This document shows positions 46,207 to 59,046 of a stretch of 64,000 bases of DNA, piece after piece. Under the pieces are notes generated by a model. That model was not told where the DNA came from and made no database searches. It was given only the letters and a program-made list of their open reading frames with translations. A program made the position numbers and the translations under genes. How positions within the stretch are numbered: position 1 is the stretch's first letter; every line of letters begins with the position of its first letter. The DNA comes from Phyllosticta citribraziliensis (Eukaryota), in NCBI RefSeq assembly GCF_038025025.1, contig NW_027117352.1:372001-436000 (forward strand). The letters run 5' to 3'.

Positions 46207-49116
46207 CTACTGCCAATGATGCGGATACGATGGATTCCCCTGCGTCGGATTCCCCTGGGTCGGATTCTCTTGCACCGTATTCTCCTGCGCCGGAATTTCA
46301 TGTGCCGGATACGTCCCATAATAGTTAGGCCACAGCACCGCTGGCTGATTCGGATCAAACAGGTGCTGTTGATTCAAAGCCAAATGCGGCGGCATATCGT
46401 ACATTTGTTGCTGGGGATACTGCCCATAGAATCCCATGTGCGCGGTTGGATGGAAAGCGAAGGCAGGATCATACTGCAGTGGCTGAGGGTATTGGTAGTA
46501 AGGTTGGTGGTAGACATTTTGGGGTGGATTTTGAGGATTAGGCGTGGACTGTGACGGGAGTATGTTTTGGGGGTCGCCCAGCGGAGGAATCAAAGTCTGG
46601 CCCGGATTTGGTGAGCTGGTCTCTTCGCCTTTTGCGCTCTCTCTTTCAACGCTCTTCGCCGTCTCCTGATCATCGAGGCCGCTGCTCAAGCCCAATGGAG
46701 CGGGCCTGTGGTCAGACGGTGTTGTTTGACGAAAGTGTGGACTGAAGGGCCCAGGATCAGATGCCCTCCTGTTGCTTTGTGAGCTATGCGAAGCGGCGTC
46801 GTAGTATTTTGAAAAGTGCTTCGCCTCGTATTCTTCATGCATCTGACGAAGCTCCTCGGTAAGTGCTTCCTGACTTTCTCGTATCCGCTCTCGAGTATCC
46901 AACTGCTCGTCGTCGTTGGACGGACTCAACGTCTTTGACATGTCTTCCTCCTGAATCTGGGATGCAACGTGCGTTGTGGAGGATGCTTCAGAAGCTTGGA
47001 CTGGTGAGTGCTGAAGAGTCCCTGATTGACTTGGTGACATTGACTGCTGAACCTCCACCTGCTCGTCGTTGCTAAACGCACTCAACATCTCTGACATGTC
47101 TTCCTCCTGAACCTGTGACGCAACGTCGTCCGTTTTGGAATGTGCCTCAGAAGTTTGGACTGGTGAGTCCCGGCGAGTCCCTGATCGAGTTGGTGATATC
47201 GACTCTTGAACCTCCAGCTGCTCGTCGTTGCTAATCGCACTCAACGTCTCTGACATGTCTTCCTCCTGAATCTGTAACGTAGCGTCCAATTTAGGAGATG
47301 CTTCAGGAGTCTGGACTGGTGAGTCCCGACGAGTCTCTGATCGAGTTGGTGATATTGACTTTTGAACCTCCAGCTGCTCGTCGTTGCTAATCGCACTCAA
47401 CGTCTCTGACATTTCTTCCTCCTGAATCTGTGACGCAGTGTCCGTTTTGGGAGATGCTTCAGAAGTCTGGACTGGTGAGTCCCGACGAGTTCCTGGGAAG
47501 AGTGGTAGTGGTGCCTGTGATTGTGTATCCCGAGTATCTGATTGACTTGGCGACGGTGTTTCCGCTTGCTCGACTTCGCTCTTGTCCTTTGTGCCTGACA
47601 CCTCGTCCCATTCACCTGCATCTTCCTTCTTCGGAGTTGAGAGCGCCGCGTAAGAAGGCAATCTGACGACGGCGAATTCTTGATCAAGCCCCGAATATAT
47701 CTCTTTGGAGGCCGCAAAAGCGGATGGTTGTTCCACGGGGCTCGAGAAAGTTTCTTGGGAGCCATCCTCCCTGTTTGCTGCTGAATGAGGTGGTCTGATC
47801 ACGGGTGGAGAGAGAGTTTCTTGCGAGCCATCCTCCCTGTTTGCTGCTGAAGGAGGTAGTCTGACCATGGGGCTCGAGGGAGTTTCTTGAAAGTCATCCT
47901 CCCTGTTTACTGGGGAAGGAGGTAGTCTGATAACGGGGCTTGGCGGTGATTCCTCCAGGCTTTGGTCTGGGGGTGCGTTCGAGTTTGAGTCCTGGACGTT
48001 GAAATCCCTCAACAGCAACGCTTGCTCATCGGTATTGCTAATCGCAGGAGCTAGTTTGATGACGGGTTCCTGCGCAGCCTCCTCGAGCTCCTCCTTTAAC
48101 GCACTCGCAGCGTCGACGACTGGTGCTTTGGGAGCTCTTGAAGGCCTCGTTCGCTTATCAGAATAGACGATCCAGTCCCCTTCGTCTTCGAATTCCACGC
48201 CCGGTCCCAAAGTAGCCGCATCAGACTGAGGAGGAGACGGACGCAATGGTCGCCGGTTGCGTTCTTCGAGCTTCGCATCGTCCTTCTCCTCCTTTGCCTT
48301 CCGCAGTTTCTTCTCGAGCCTTGCCCTCTGACTCTTCTTACCCCCTCTATTTTTCTTGTTGTCCGCCTTGTTCAAGGACCCCTCATCCTCTTCCATTTCA
48401 TCGTCCCCAGCCTCCCCGGGGTCATCCTCTTCTTCTTCTACTTCATCCTGTTTCCTTTGCTCCCCTTCCGCCATCACGTTGTCAAGACGTTCAGAACTGT
48501 CTTCAAGACTCTTAGTGTGCTTCTGACGCTCTGAGTTGAGACAGATCTCTTGCCACTCATTGATCCACCTTTTCTGCTCATTCAGCAACGCATACATAAC
48601 TGTCAAGGGCGACGACATTAGACGAGAACGAATGTAATTCATCAACTCGGGCCTTGGGTCCACTGTGCCAAAGAGTTCCTCGCAAAATCGTTTTGAAGTG
48701 CCACGAACTTCGACCGAGACGCCCTCCAAGCTGCGAAAGCTGGTCATTGTGGGGTAGACGCTGACCCGCAGCACCAGACCCGGCGCACGTTCGTCCTTGG
48801 GGGCTGGGTCGGTGAACATGGTCTGTTTGACCAAGTGCGGGAGAGGGAATTCTTCGATGGCAGAACCGAGTGGTCGGTAATCTTTAGCTCGGAGGGAGCT
48901 GTATGTATGTTTCGGAGTAGAGAGAAAGTGCTTGCTCAGCACAGGCAAGGATTGGCGCAAGGAATCGCGCAAGTTATTGCGGTAGACGTGCGCATGGCGC
49001 TTTTGAGTAAGGATGGTTGTTTGGTTCATGATTGTGTTGCATGTAGTGGAATTGAATGAATGCGATGGGTTGTTGCGAGAAGATGTTGTGTCAGGGACTT
49101 GGAGTAAGATGTTCAA
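46207..49116 (-). CDS. Hypothetical, largely disordered acidic protein with three internal tandem-repeat arrays
   Basis: 969-codon uninterrupted ORF whose repeat units (156, 66 and 15 nt) all keep frame. No family recognised; the start is uncertain (49030 or 48819 are alternatives). Confidence 0.72.
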   Translation of the reverse strand: MNILLQVPDTTSSRNNPSHSFNSTTCNTIMNQTTILTQKRHAHVYRNNLRDSLRQSLPVLSKHFLSTPKHTYSSLRAKDYRPLGSAIEEFPLPHLVKQTMFTDPAPKDERAPGLVLRVSVYPTMTSFRSLEGVSVEVRGTSKRFCEELFGTVDPRPELMNYIRSRLMSSPLTVMYALLNEQKRWINEWQEICLNSERQKHTKSLEDSSERLDNVMAEGEQRKQDEVEEEEDDPGEAGDDEMEEDEGSLNKADNKKNRGGKKSQRARLEKKLRKAKEEKDDAKLEERNRRPLRPSPPQSDAATLGPGVEFEDEGDWIVYSDKRTRPSRAPKAPVVDAASALKEELEEAAQEPVIKLAPAISNTDEQALLLRDFNVQDSNSNAPPDQSLEESPPSPVIRLPPSPVNREDDFQETPSSPMVRLPPSAANREDGSQETLSPPVIRPPHSAANREDGSQETFSSPVEQPSAFAASKEIYSGLDQEFAVVRLPSYAALSTPKKEDAGEWDEVSGTKDKSEVEQAETPSPSQSDTRDTQSQAPLPLFPGTRRDSPVQTSEASPKTDTASQIQEEEMSETLSAISNDEQLEVQKSISPTRSETRRDSPVQTPEASPKLDATLQIQEEDMSETLSAISNDEQLEVQESISPTRSGTRRDSPVQTSEAHSKTDDVASQVQEEDMSEMLSAFSNDEQVEVQQSMSPSQSGTLQHSPVQASEASSTTHVASQIQEEDMSKTLSPSNDDEQLDTRERIRESQEALTEELRQMHEEYEAKHFSKYYDAASHSSQSNRRASDPGPFSPHFRQTTPSDHRPAPLGLSSGLDDQETAKSVERESAKGEETSSPNPGQTLIPPLGDPQNILPSQSTPNPQNPPQNVYHQPYYQYPQPLQYDPAFAFHPTAHMGFYGQYPQQQMYDMPPHLALNQQHLFDPNQPAVLWPNYYGTYPAHEIPAQENTVQENPTQGNPTQGNPSYPHHWQ
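46897..47495 (-). repeat. Coding tandem repeat, ~156-nt (52-aa) unit, ~3.8 copies
   Basis: The anchor CTGCTCGTCG recurs at 46903, 47059, 47218 and 47374; peptide GTRRDSPVQTSEAS..SQIQEEDMSETLSAISNDEQLEVQ. Confidence 0.92.
47735..47945 (-). repeat. Coding tandem repeat, 66-nt (22-aa) unit, ~3 copies
   Basis: CATCCTCCCTGTTT recurs at 47763, 47829 and 47895; peptide SPVIRLPPSAANREDGSQET. Confidence 0.9.
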
Positions 49117-49359
49117 GCCATCTCAGCTCTAGGTCCAAGGGTAACTGCGTCCGGTTGTTCTTGTGGTGATATCACAGAAGGCGCGACGGGTTGTCAAAAT
49201 TCAGAAGGGAAGGCGTCATCTCCACGAAGGATTGACGAAGTTCTTGAAATGGCAATTCCTTGTTCTAGTCTCTTCACCTAATACGGGTATCAGTGGACCC
49301 ATTCCGAATACCTTTCTCAAAATGAAGAGACACGAACCGCCCGAATCCATCGCTTGTGC

Positions 49360-52192
49360 TCACTCGAGCATGGCGCCCACTCCCTCGATCCGCACCCTTT
49401 CCTTCTCGCGTTGTTCCCAGTCCCTCTCCCTCGCCATGCGCTCCTCTTCCACTTTCCTGACCTTTTCTTGTGCGGCGAGCATGCGCTCAATGTCACCATT
49501 CAGTCGGTCCTTCCAGTCATCGCCATACAGCGCCCGCAGGTCGGCCACCGTAGCCTCTGCCAAGTGCGATTCCAGTGCCACAGTCGCCTTGCCTGCCAGC
49601 TCGATAACACGATGTTGGAGATCTCGCGCACCCTGTTCAATTCGCGCCTTTTTGGCCGCAGCTTCTTGTGCCACACGTCCCGGAGTTTCTTCTTCCTCGC
49701 GCTTGCGCTTTTCGGCAATCATGGCTGCGCGCTTCTTTCTGGCGGCAAGATACTGCGCAGAGTGGCCAAGAGGTGCTGGTTCCGCGTCGTCGGGCAGAGG
49801 AGGCAAGACATCGAGCGGCGGTGCGGTGAACAGGAGAAGGCGGCCTTGTTCGTCCTGTTGGAACTGGTCGCGCAGATGAGGAGGAATGGTTGCGTTGGTG
49901 TGGTCATCGAGGCGGTAGCACTCGATTGACTGTGCAGGCTTGTAAGCAACGTGATGTGCCGATGGAGTTGAGGCATATGGCGAGTGTGGGATCGTGTGAT
50001 GGATGGTGTTGGCGTGCGCGGCTTGTTGGTTGCGGAGGTAGAGGGTAGATGGCATTTGTTGCGCGTAGGCCGAAGATGGAAGGTGCGAGGCGGTAGGAAG
50101 CGCATGAGGAGTGGGTGTCGGGCCGTACGACGGATGATGTGGTGTCGTTTGCGGGGGAAAACTTGCAGGATGTGTGGCAGCCAGCGACTGCATCGGAGGC
50201 GCAGGTGAAGCTGAATGTTGATGGTAGGACGCCGGCTGCGGTGTGTAAGCGGGCTGGGTGTGATGCATTTGTGGAGTAGGATTAGGAACCGGCGTCGACG
50301 AGGAGACTGGATAGTTGTTTTGGTTGGAGTAGCCGTTTGGCGCATGCGCTGACATGGTCGACGTTTCGCGCTGCGGTGGCGGTGGTGGTTGAGCTGGAGG
50401 AGGAGAAGGTGTAGGTTCTGGTGGAGGTGATTCTTTGGGATCGCGCGGTCGCTTGTGAACCGCTCCAATTTTGGGCGGCGCGTTGGGCGCGCCCCATTCG
50501 GGCTCAGGCAGGTCGTCCGTTTCTTTTGCGTCATCTTTCAACAAGTATTGGATCGGACTCGGAACCTTTTTCACCTTTTTCGGCACGTCGAAGAGGTCCA
50601 TTTCGTAATCCTTGTCCCGTACTTCGTCGGGCAGACAACTCGCCCACGTCTTGATCTTGTTCAGCTTGTGCTTTTCTTCGTTGTAGCGCGCTTCGCAGAC
50701 ATAAATCTCCTTGTCAGCAGGGAAACCTCGCGGGCGGCCTTTGTTGTAGCGCGTGAAGAACATGACAAAGCAACGGTCTACGACCTCATCTATTGGATGG
50801 TCGCGATACTGCCCAGTCTTGACGACTTCATTCTCGTAAAAGTGCCGGTCAAAGCGATGGACCGTTTGCTCGGGGCGGTAGTACCAGCATGCGTTGACCC
50901 ATTTTCCGCCGTCGGAATCTTGCCACGTTCGGTAGATTTGGGCCACGATGGGCTTCGTCAGGTCGTTTGCGTTTTGAATGTGCACCCAATCGCCAACCTT
51001 CCAAAGCTCGCCGTTGTGGAGAATGCCCTCGGGCAAAGGTATGCGCCCATCTTCCATGACGTAGTCCGTGTCAGGCTTAGCCTTTTCTTCATCGGCAGCC
51101 TTGCGCGTCTCTTTTTGGAGGAAGCAAGCATCCTTGTAAATCTGACTCTCGTCTTCATTGTATTGTTTGGCGTTTTCAAACATGAGCTCCACGTCCTTCA
51201 TGAATTGATCGACCGACTGGTACTTTTTTCTCTTGAGCTTCTTTTTGAGAATGTCCATGGCCATGGGATTCTTGATTTCGCTGAAGTACTCTGGCATGAC
51301 AGTCTTGTCTGGGACGCGCTCAAAGTGGCTGACCATGAGCTGGCCTTGGTTGTTTTTGGGTTTACGAATGGCCTTCATGATGGCCTTGATGCGCGCTTCC
51401 ATTGGAGTGTCGACGCGCGGGGGCCTTCCCCGCCTCTTTCGCGAGTCTGCATCGTTGGCGGCCTTGTCCTTGCTGTCGTCCTTGCCTCCTTCACGTTTGA
51501 GGATTGACGCGGTGGATCTGGGACCTGGTCGTCTGCGTTTGGGCCGCTCGTCGTCGTCGTCGTCATCGTCGTCCACCTCCTCTTCATCCTCTTCTTCCTC
51601 TTCGTCTTCATCTTCCTCGAGCTCTTCTGGCGCTGGATCTTCGTACGTGGGGATCTCGCCCAGGTATGGAATCTTGGCCTCTTCTTCGTCAATGATCTTT
51701 TCCTTGATGAGCCTTTTCAGCTCATTTTCAAAAAACTCCTTGACCACCAGCGCGTCCTGATATGCTTGCGAGTCTTGGCGATTGTATACTTGCGCGTTGT
51801 ACGTGATGAGGGTAAAGTCGCGGACGTATTCCTGAAAGTCTTTGTATTCTTTGGAATGTATCTTGTGTTTGATGATGCTGAGGGCCATTGGCTCCTTGAT
51901 GACTTCGTAGTAATCGGGTACTTGGCGCTTGTTGATCTTTCTGTGGAATATCTTGGATGGATCATAATCCCTTGAGGACGCGTTAGCATCGCGCAGCCGC
52001 GAGCGCATTGACAGGAGCGGACAGGGAGATGCGACGCGACACATACTCTTCAATGCGGTGGTTGTATACCTTGGTCAGGACTTCTTGCATGGCCTGCCAT
52101 TTCTCGTCGGGGATGCTGCTCTCGCCGCCGGGGACTGACGCGTCTTCGGTCGTGGGGATGGGCGTCGCGCTGATAGCCTGATCGGTAGCCAT
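49360..52192 (-). CDS. RSC1: RSC chromatin-remodelling subunit Rsc1/Rsc2 (two bromodomains plus BAH)
   Basis: Bromodomains (PDYYEVIKEPMAL..NAQVYN; PEYFSEIKNPMAM..FENAKQYN) and BAH (KVGDWVHIQN..KPIVAQIYR..CWYYRPEQTVH). Start MATDQAIS; intron ~51972-52045. Confidence 0.92.
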
Positions 52193-52691
52193 TCTGATGG
52201 TATGCGCCGCTGGCCAGACGTTGCAACCCAAGGTGAGCAGTGAGGTTGTTTTGAAGAAGGATGCGGCGATCTCGAATGCGCTGGGAATGCTCGCCGAGGA
52301 GCTCACACTTCCTTGGTGGTCGCTTAGTCAGAGAGAAACGCGCTAGTCTGGTTGAGGTGGGAAGCTGCTCTGGTGGAGAAATCAATTCGCCCTCACTTCT
52401 CTACACCTTGAGTAACTGAACCACAGTACAGTGCCGTAATTGGACCAAGTCCGCATCAATCCCTTCCTCTTCGTCTGTCCTTTCGGAAAGCTCAACAAGC
52501 CGGCCTTCGCAACTGCCCATGTGGTCAGTGCGCGTCCGGCGGAGCATTGTTAATCCCCGCCGATGCGCGATCGATTTTCTTGAGCTTGTCAAGAAAACTT
52601 CCCGCCCACAGCTAGACGCGACAGCAAGGACCGCTTCACCACAACACGCCCCGGGCTCGGGCTACGACTATCGCTGGAATCAATCGACATC

Positions 52692-54360
52692 ATGTCTGTG
52701 GAATACTTGCTGCACGAGTCCCCTGTGGGATACGCCGTGGGTTTCATCTCTCCGACCACTCGGCTCCAATACTCACAGCGCACAGGTTTTCAAGGTTCAG
52801 CATCAAGCTGATACCGTCGGCAACCGCTTGAAGGAGGTCCAGGAAAAGGCCGCCGACCTGTCCAAGTTTGGCAAACTGGTCACTGTTCAAGGATTTTCGC
52901 CTTTCCAGGGTGCCGCGCAGGCGCTCGAGAACCAAAACGACATTTCCGAAGGCATCTGCTCCGAATACCTCAAGTCCGTCATCGAACTCCACGTTCCGAA
53001 CCCCGGCAAGAAGAAGAAGGTCACGATTGGCGTTCAAGAAAAGAACCTGGCTGGTAGCATCAAGGCCGACTTTCCCTACATTGATTGCGAGACGGCCGAA
53101 GTCAACGAAGTCGTCGCCGACCTTCTCCGTGGCCTTCGTCTGCACGCCCCCAAGCTTCTCAAGCAGCTGCAGGAGGGCGATGTCGACAGGGCGCAGCTCG
53201 GTCTGGGCCACGCCTACTCGCGTGCCAAGGTGAAGTTCAGCGTCCAGAAGAACGACAACCACATCATCCAGGCGATCGCCACCCTCGACCAACTCGACAA
53301 GGCCGTCAACCTGTTTTGCATGCGCGTGAGGGAATGGTACGGCTGGCACTTTCCGGAGCTTGTCAAGATTGTTTCGGATAACCACAAGTATGTGAAGCTG
53401 GTGCTGTTTATCGGTAACAAGTCGGCTCTCACCGAGGACAACCTGCACGACTTGGCTGCACTCGTCGACGACGATGAGGGCGTCGCCAGGCAAATCATCG
53501 ACGCTGCGAGGGTCAGCATGGGAAGGGACATTTCGGAGACTGACATGGACAATGTCATGACCTTTGCCAAGCGTGCCGCAAGCCTTTCCGACTACCGCAA
53601 GAGCCTGTCAAACTACCTGGTCGACAAGATGTCGATTGTCGCTCCCAACCTTGCCGCTCTCATCGGCGACACTGTTGCCGCCCGCCTCATTTCCAAGGCT
53701 GGCAGCTTGACCAACCTCTCGAAATACGCCGCCTCGACTGTGCAGATTCTTGGTGCCGAAAAGGCTCTCTTCCGTGCTTTGAAGACCAAGGGCAACACGC
53801 CCAAGTACGGTCTGATTTACCACTCGTCTTTCATTGGCAGGGCTGGTGCGAAGAACAAGGGCCGCATCTCCCGTTTCCTCGCCAACAAGTGCACGATTGC
53901 CTCGAGGATCGACAACTTTTCCGAGAACCCCACGGCCAAGTTTGGTGAGGCGCTGAGGCAGCAAGTCGAGGAGCGTCTGGAGTTTTACCAGAGCGGCACG
54001 CCGCCCATGAAGAACGAGGTTGCCATGGTAAGTTTTACCCTGGAATTTTGATTCATTATGCTGACTGTTTAGAAAAACGCCATGGACCAGGTTCTTGCCG
54101 GCATGGACATTGACGAGAATGCCAGCGACGACGAGACCCCCAAGGAAAAGAAGGAGAAGAAGTCCAAGAAGTCCAAGGACGCCGAGGGAGACGTCTCCAT
54201 GGCCGACACCACATCCACTCCGAAGAAGGAGAAGAAGGACAAGAAGAAGAGCAAGGACGAGGAAAAGTCGGAGAAGAAGAAGAGGCGCCACAGCGAGGTT
54301 GGCGGAGACGGCGAGAAGGCGGACAAGAAGGAGAAGAAGAAGAAGAGAAAGTCGGAGTAG
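52692..54360 (+). CDS. NOP56: Box C/D snoRNP protein Nop56
   Basis: MSVEYLLHESPVGYA, LGLGHAYSRAKVKF, MRVREWYGWHFPEL, STVQILGAEKALFRALKT and a KKE-rich tail. Introns ~52737-52785 and ~54028-54071. Confidence 0.96.
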
Positions 54361-55063
54361 ATTTGCCTGCAAAGTCGAAGTTTCACGCACCAGCATGGCG
54401 ATGAGGAGCGGCTCTGGTCAGGATTGGATGGTATGCATTGTTCCGATATGGTGGGAGTTTAGTCGGCGTTTTCAGGGACTGGGATCGTCTAGGCGGGATT
54501 TTTTCTTGTACTGGCTCAAAAAGGAGGGCCTAGCATGACAATGCAAACTTTGATAATACCCCTCACGAGCCCTGCAGGTCTGTCGAAACTCAACAGATGC
54601 ATCGCCAGGCCGAAAGTGTCCCCGAGATATATCTGTCGACCAATCCAGGTCCTGCTTGGCCAGCGGCACGCGCTCACCAACCAGGTCTGCGTATTTTATC
54701 AAGCAATACCGATCCCAACCAAGAAACCGTGCGTCATTGCAATTGCCAATCGTTTCAGAGCAGAACAGAATGGAGGCTGGAAGCAACCGCTAAACAATTG
54801 TACGCGCCATCAGCCCCATCGTTTCACGTTGATCGGGTGAGAGAATGAGGTCATGGAAAACAATTCACTCAACGAAGGGCGCTCAACCCTGCAGGCCTGC
54901 ACGATGCAGACGCCGGCTACCCGCGGCATGAGCGCATTTAGTGGACCGTCCCAGAGCGCTGGCCAATACTCAACACCATGAGCTGTCCATGACTCTTTAG
55001 CGCAGACGACATCTTGGAAGAGGGACTGTTAGCGTCGCATCACGTGTGCGGGGCGGCGGGTGG

Positions 55064-55069
55064 TATAAA
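55064..55069 (+). promoter_or_regulatory. TATA box upstream of THI4
   Basis: GGTATAAAG lies just upstream of the inferred THI4 5'UTR exons. Confidence 0.55.
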
Positions 55070-55300
55070 GATCCATTGAGCTTTCTTCGTCATTGACGCC
55101 ATCTGTCATTGCTTCCAGATTACTCTCCGAGATCCAATTGCACGAGCTTCACAAGTAGCCCGCCCTTTTCCCTCGTGTCGTCGTTGGCTGACCTTGGTTA
55201 GATCTCTTCGTACCAAGTACATCTCCCAGCTTCCAGCAAGCATGGGGAGCATACAATTTTTTCGGCATGGAAACACTCCGTGATCAGGTAACTATCAAAA

Positions 55301-55453
55301 GCATGAGCCGGTGCTTGAACTCCGCAATGCCCTGAGATGACGTCCCTTCCGATCTGGATTGGAGCAGGACTGATCAGGGCGTTGCGGTCTTCTCGCTGAG
55401 AACATACGGCCACGAACTTGATCAGGATAATACCTGCGTCGAAAGGATCATGC
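55301..55453 (+). ncRNA. TPP (thiamine pyrophosphate) riboswitch aptamer in a THI4 5'UTR intron
   Basis: P1 GCATGA(55301)/TCATGC(55448); GCCGGTG...GCTGAGA..ATACGGC; GAACTTGATCAGGATAATACCTGCG..GAAAG; long P3 stem CCGCAATGCCCTGA/TCAGGGCGTTGCGG. It lies upstream of a thiamine biosynthesis gene. Confidence 0.95.
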
Positions 55454-55501
55454 TCTCCCCACTCGCGTAGACAATCTGACATGTGCAGTTTTCATCCGTA
55501 A

Positions 55502-56834
<1,333 letters not shown>

Positions 56835-57861
56835 ATGATGGTGGGCTGGAAGGGAGTGGTTTGGTGCGGCAGGGCCGGGCCGCTGGTTTTTGATGCAATG
56901 AGTTGATTGAGACGCTCGTTTATGTATCTCTTGACGGTCGACGAATCAAATTGATGTGTGTCTTTTGCGGACTTTGGGTCTGAGGAGAGGGAAGTGTTGT
57001 GAGGTGACATTTTGCCCAAGATACATTTCATCAGAGGAGTCCACGAATATTCAACATGGATCTCTTTGAAAGAGTATGTAGCAGCAAAACAACGGTGGAT
57101 ACAGTTACGCCCATGATGCTTGGCCCTACTCGTCCCTTTTTATCTACGGCCAAGCAAAAGCCCGAAGACCGTAGCAATAATCAATTTTTATTCTAGACTT
57201 CGATCTCCCTTCCATTCTTCCCATTCAGTACATCAAAACCGCAATCCAGCATCTACGCATTGACACGAGCCAATATTTGTACATACTCTCCTCTGTTTTT
57301 CCCCATTTTCCAGACAGCTTTCTACTCTTGCGCGTCTACAAGCTTAATCTGGCAATGGTACTTATACCACGCTACTCCTACAACGCCTGCAGAGCCACCG
57401 AGATGTCATCTCGCGTTCTGAACCTCTTCCCGACGTACTGTGCCAGTGCATCCTTTCCCGTTTTTCATGTCAACTTGCCGCCTGCGCATGGGTACTTACT
57501 GTAAATGTCTACGCAATAGAGACGGCGGTGTTCTCGTAGAGGGGTTCGGTGACGAAGTTGAAGGTTGATTCAGGGCTAGAGGGTATCTTATCGAGGATGG
57601 GATGTGCAGGAAAAGTTGCGAGAAGATGAGAAGAAAAGGGGAATCTTGCGATTGCTGCTTGAAGTGTCTTCAAGCTGCTTGTTGGATTGACTAGCACAGA
57701 TACACGCAGAGAGCAGTCTCTCAGATCTACTGGCGCCAGAAGGAGGCTCTCTACATTTTCGAGGCGTACCGGGAAAAAAGCCCATGAGTATACGACTCGA
57801 ATTTCTCACAGCAATGAGCTGCCGACGTCAACAGGGTATCAATTCCTAAAAGCAGATTCAC

Positions 57862-58777
57862 CTACCGATTCCCACTTCCGCCCAGCACCCACCTGCGCTC
57901 GTCACCCACCACATTGACCCTCACCTCCTTCTGCAGCTTCTCCAAGACCTGCAAAACGCCCCTCGCAGCCGCATCGTGCAAGTTCTCGGGGACGTCCTTG
58001 TAGATGGTCTTGACAATCTCCATGACCGTCCGTCCTCTCCCGTCTGCGTCTTCGCTGTCCAACGCCCGCACAACCTGCTCCTCGCGCTCCTTGCGATGGT
58101 GGATGTACTCGTGGACACGAGCCTTGCCGTCTTCGATGATGGGCCCATGTCCCGGATACGCGCGCCCGCCAAACTGCTGTGCCATGCCGGCCAAGCTGGC
58201 CATGTATGCGGCCAGGTCCTCAAACACGGCCGTGCCGGCTCCGAGGACGTTGTCGCCGGTGAACATGGCGTCCTCGTCCTCGAGCACGAAGGCCATGTGG
58301 TCGGCCGTGTGGCCAGGGCAATGGTAGGCGCGCAGCGTGGCGCCGTCGGTCGCGAACGTCTGGCCGTCGCGGATGTCCGACTGCGCGGCGTCGGCGTCGG
58401 CGGCAACGGGGTGGTGCTTGTGGATGCGGGCAGATGGGCACAGCGCGAGCAGGTCTGGCACGCCCTGGACGTGGTCGGGGTGCCAGTGGGTGAGGAGCGC
58501 GTCGGACACGGCGGCGTTTTCGGCCGCCAGCACGCTGCGCAGCGCGCTTTGCCAGGCCGGCTTGCCCTCTCCCGTGTCGATGAGCAGCCGCTTCGGCCCG
58601 GAGCCGACGAGGTAGGTGTTGGTGCCTTGCAAGGTGAACTGTTGGAGCGTCAGGGCGTTTAAAACGAGCAATGGTGGGGTGGTGGTGATGTACTTTGCCT
58701 GGGTTCCCGCCCAGGATGCGGATGACCCGCGGCGAGAGCCGCTCGACTTCAGGTAATGCCTTCAGCTGGGTCGCCAT
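57862..58777 (-). CDS. Metallo-beta-lactamase-fold hydrolase, LACTB2-like
   Basis: RILGGNPGK/FTLQGTNTYLVG, LIDTG, THWHPDH (HxHxDH), PGHTADH, FTGDNVLG, YPGHG and a C-terminal winged helix. Intron ~58640-58692. Confidence 0.9.
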
Positions 58778-59046
58778 GGTAGCAGCACGTCGAATCGACC
58801 AAAAGGGAAAACGCATAGAGATGCATCTTCCTTTGCGGAGGACCTCTGCTCAAAGGTGGATGGTGAGCATCCCACCTCGGACAGCCAACGGCGCCTCGGC
58901 TAGCAGGTGGAAGCGACCCCGCCGGCCACGACTTTGTCGCGCTCTCAATCAGTTTCCTCACAAAACTTCGACGATCTCCCGATTCGGACCGCTCACGATC
59001 AGGCCAACAAGGTGTCTGCTCTTGCGGAACCTTATAACAATCGCCG

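Noticed and set aside
46897..47945. Repeat arrays as CRISPR or transposon termini
   Set aside because: Contiguous, frame-preserving coding repeats without unique spacers, terminal inverted repeats or a transposase.
52737..54071. Intronic snoRNA in NOP56
   Set aside because: Both introns are under 50 nt, too short to host one.
57277..57810. Short ORFs and splice-like signals downstream of the LACTB2-like gene
   Set aside because: No coherent gene model; could be 3'UTR or a small degenerate gene.
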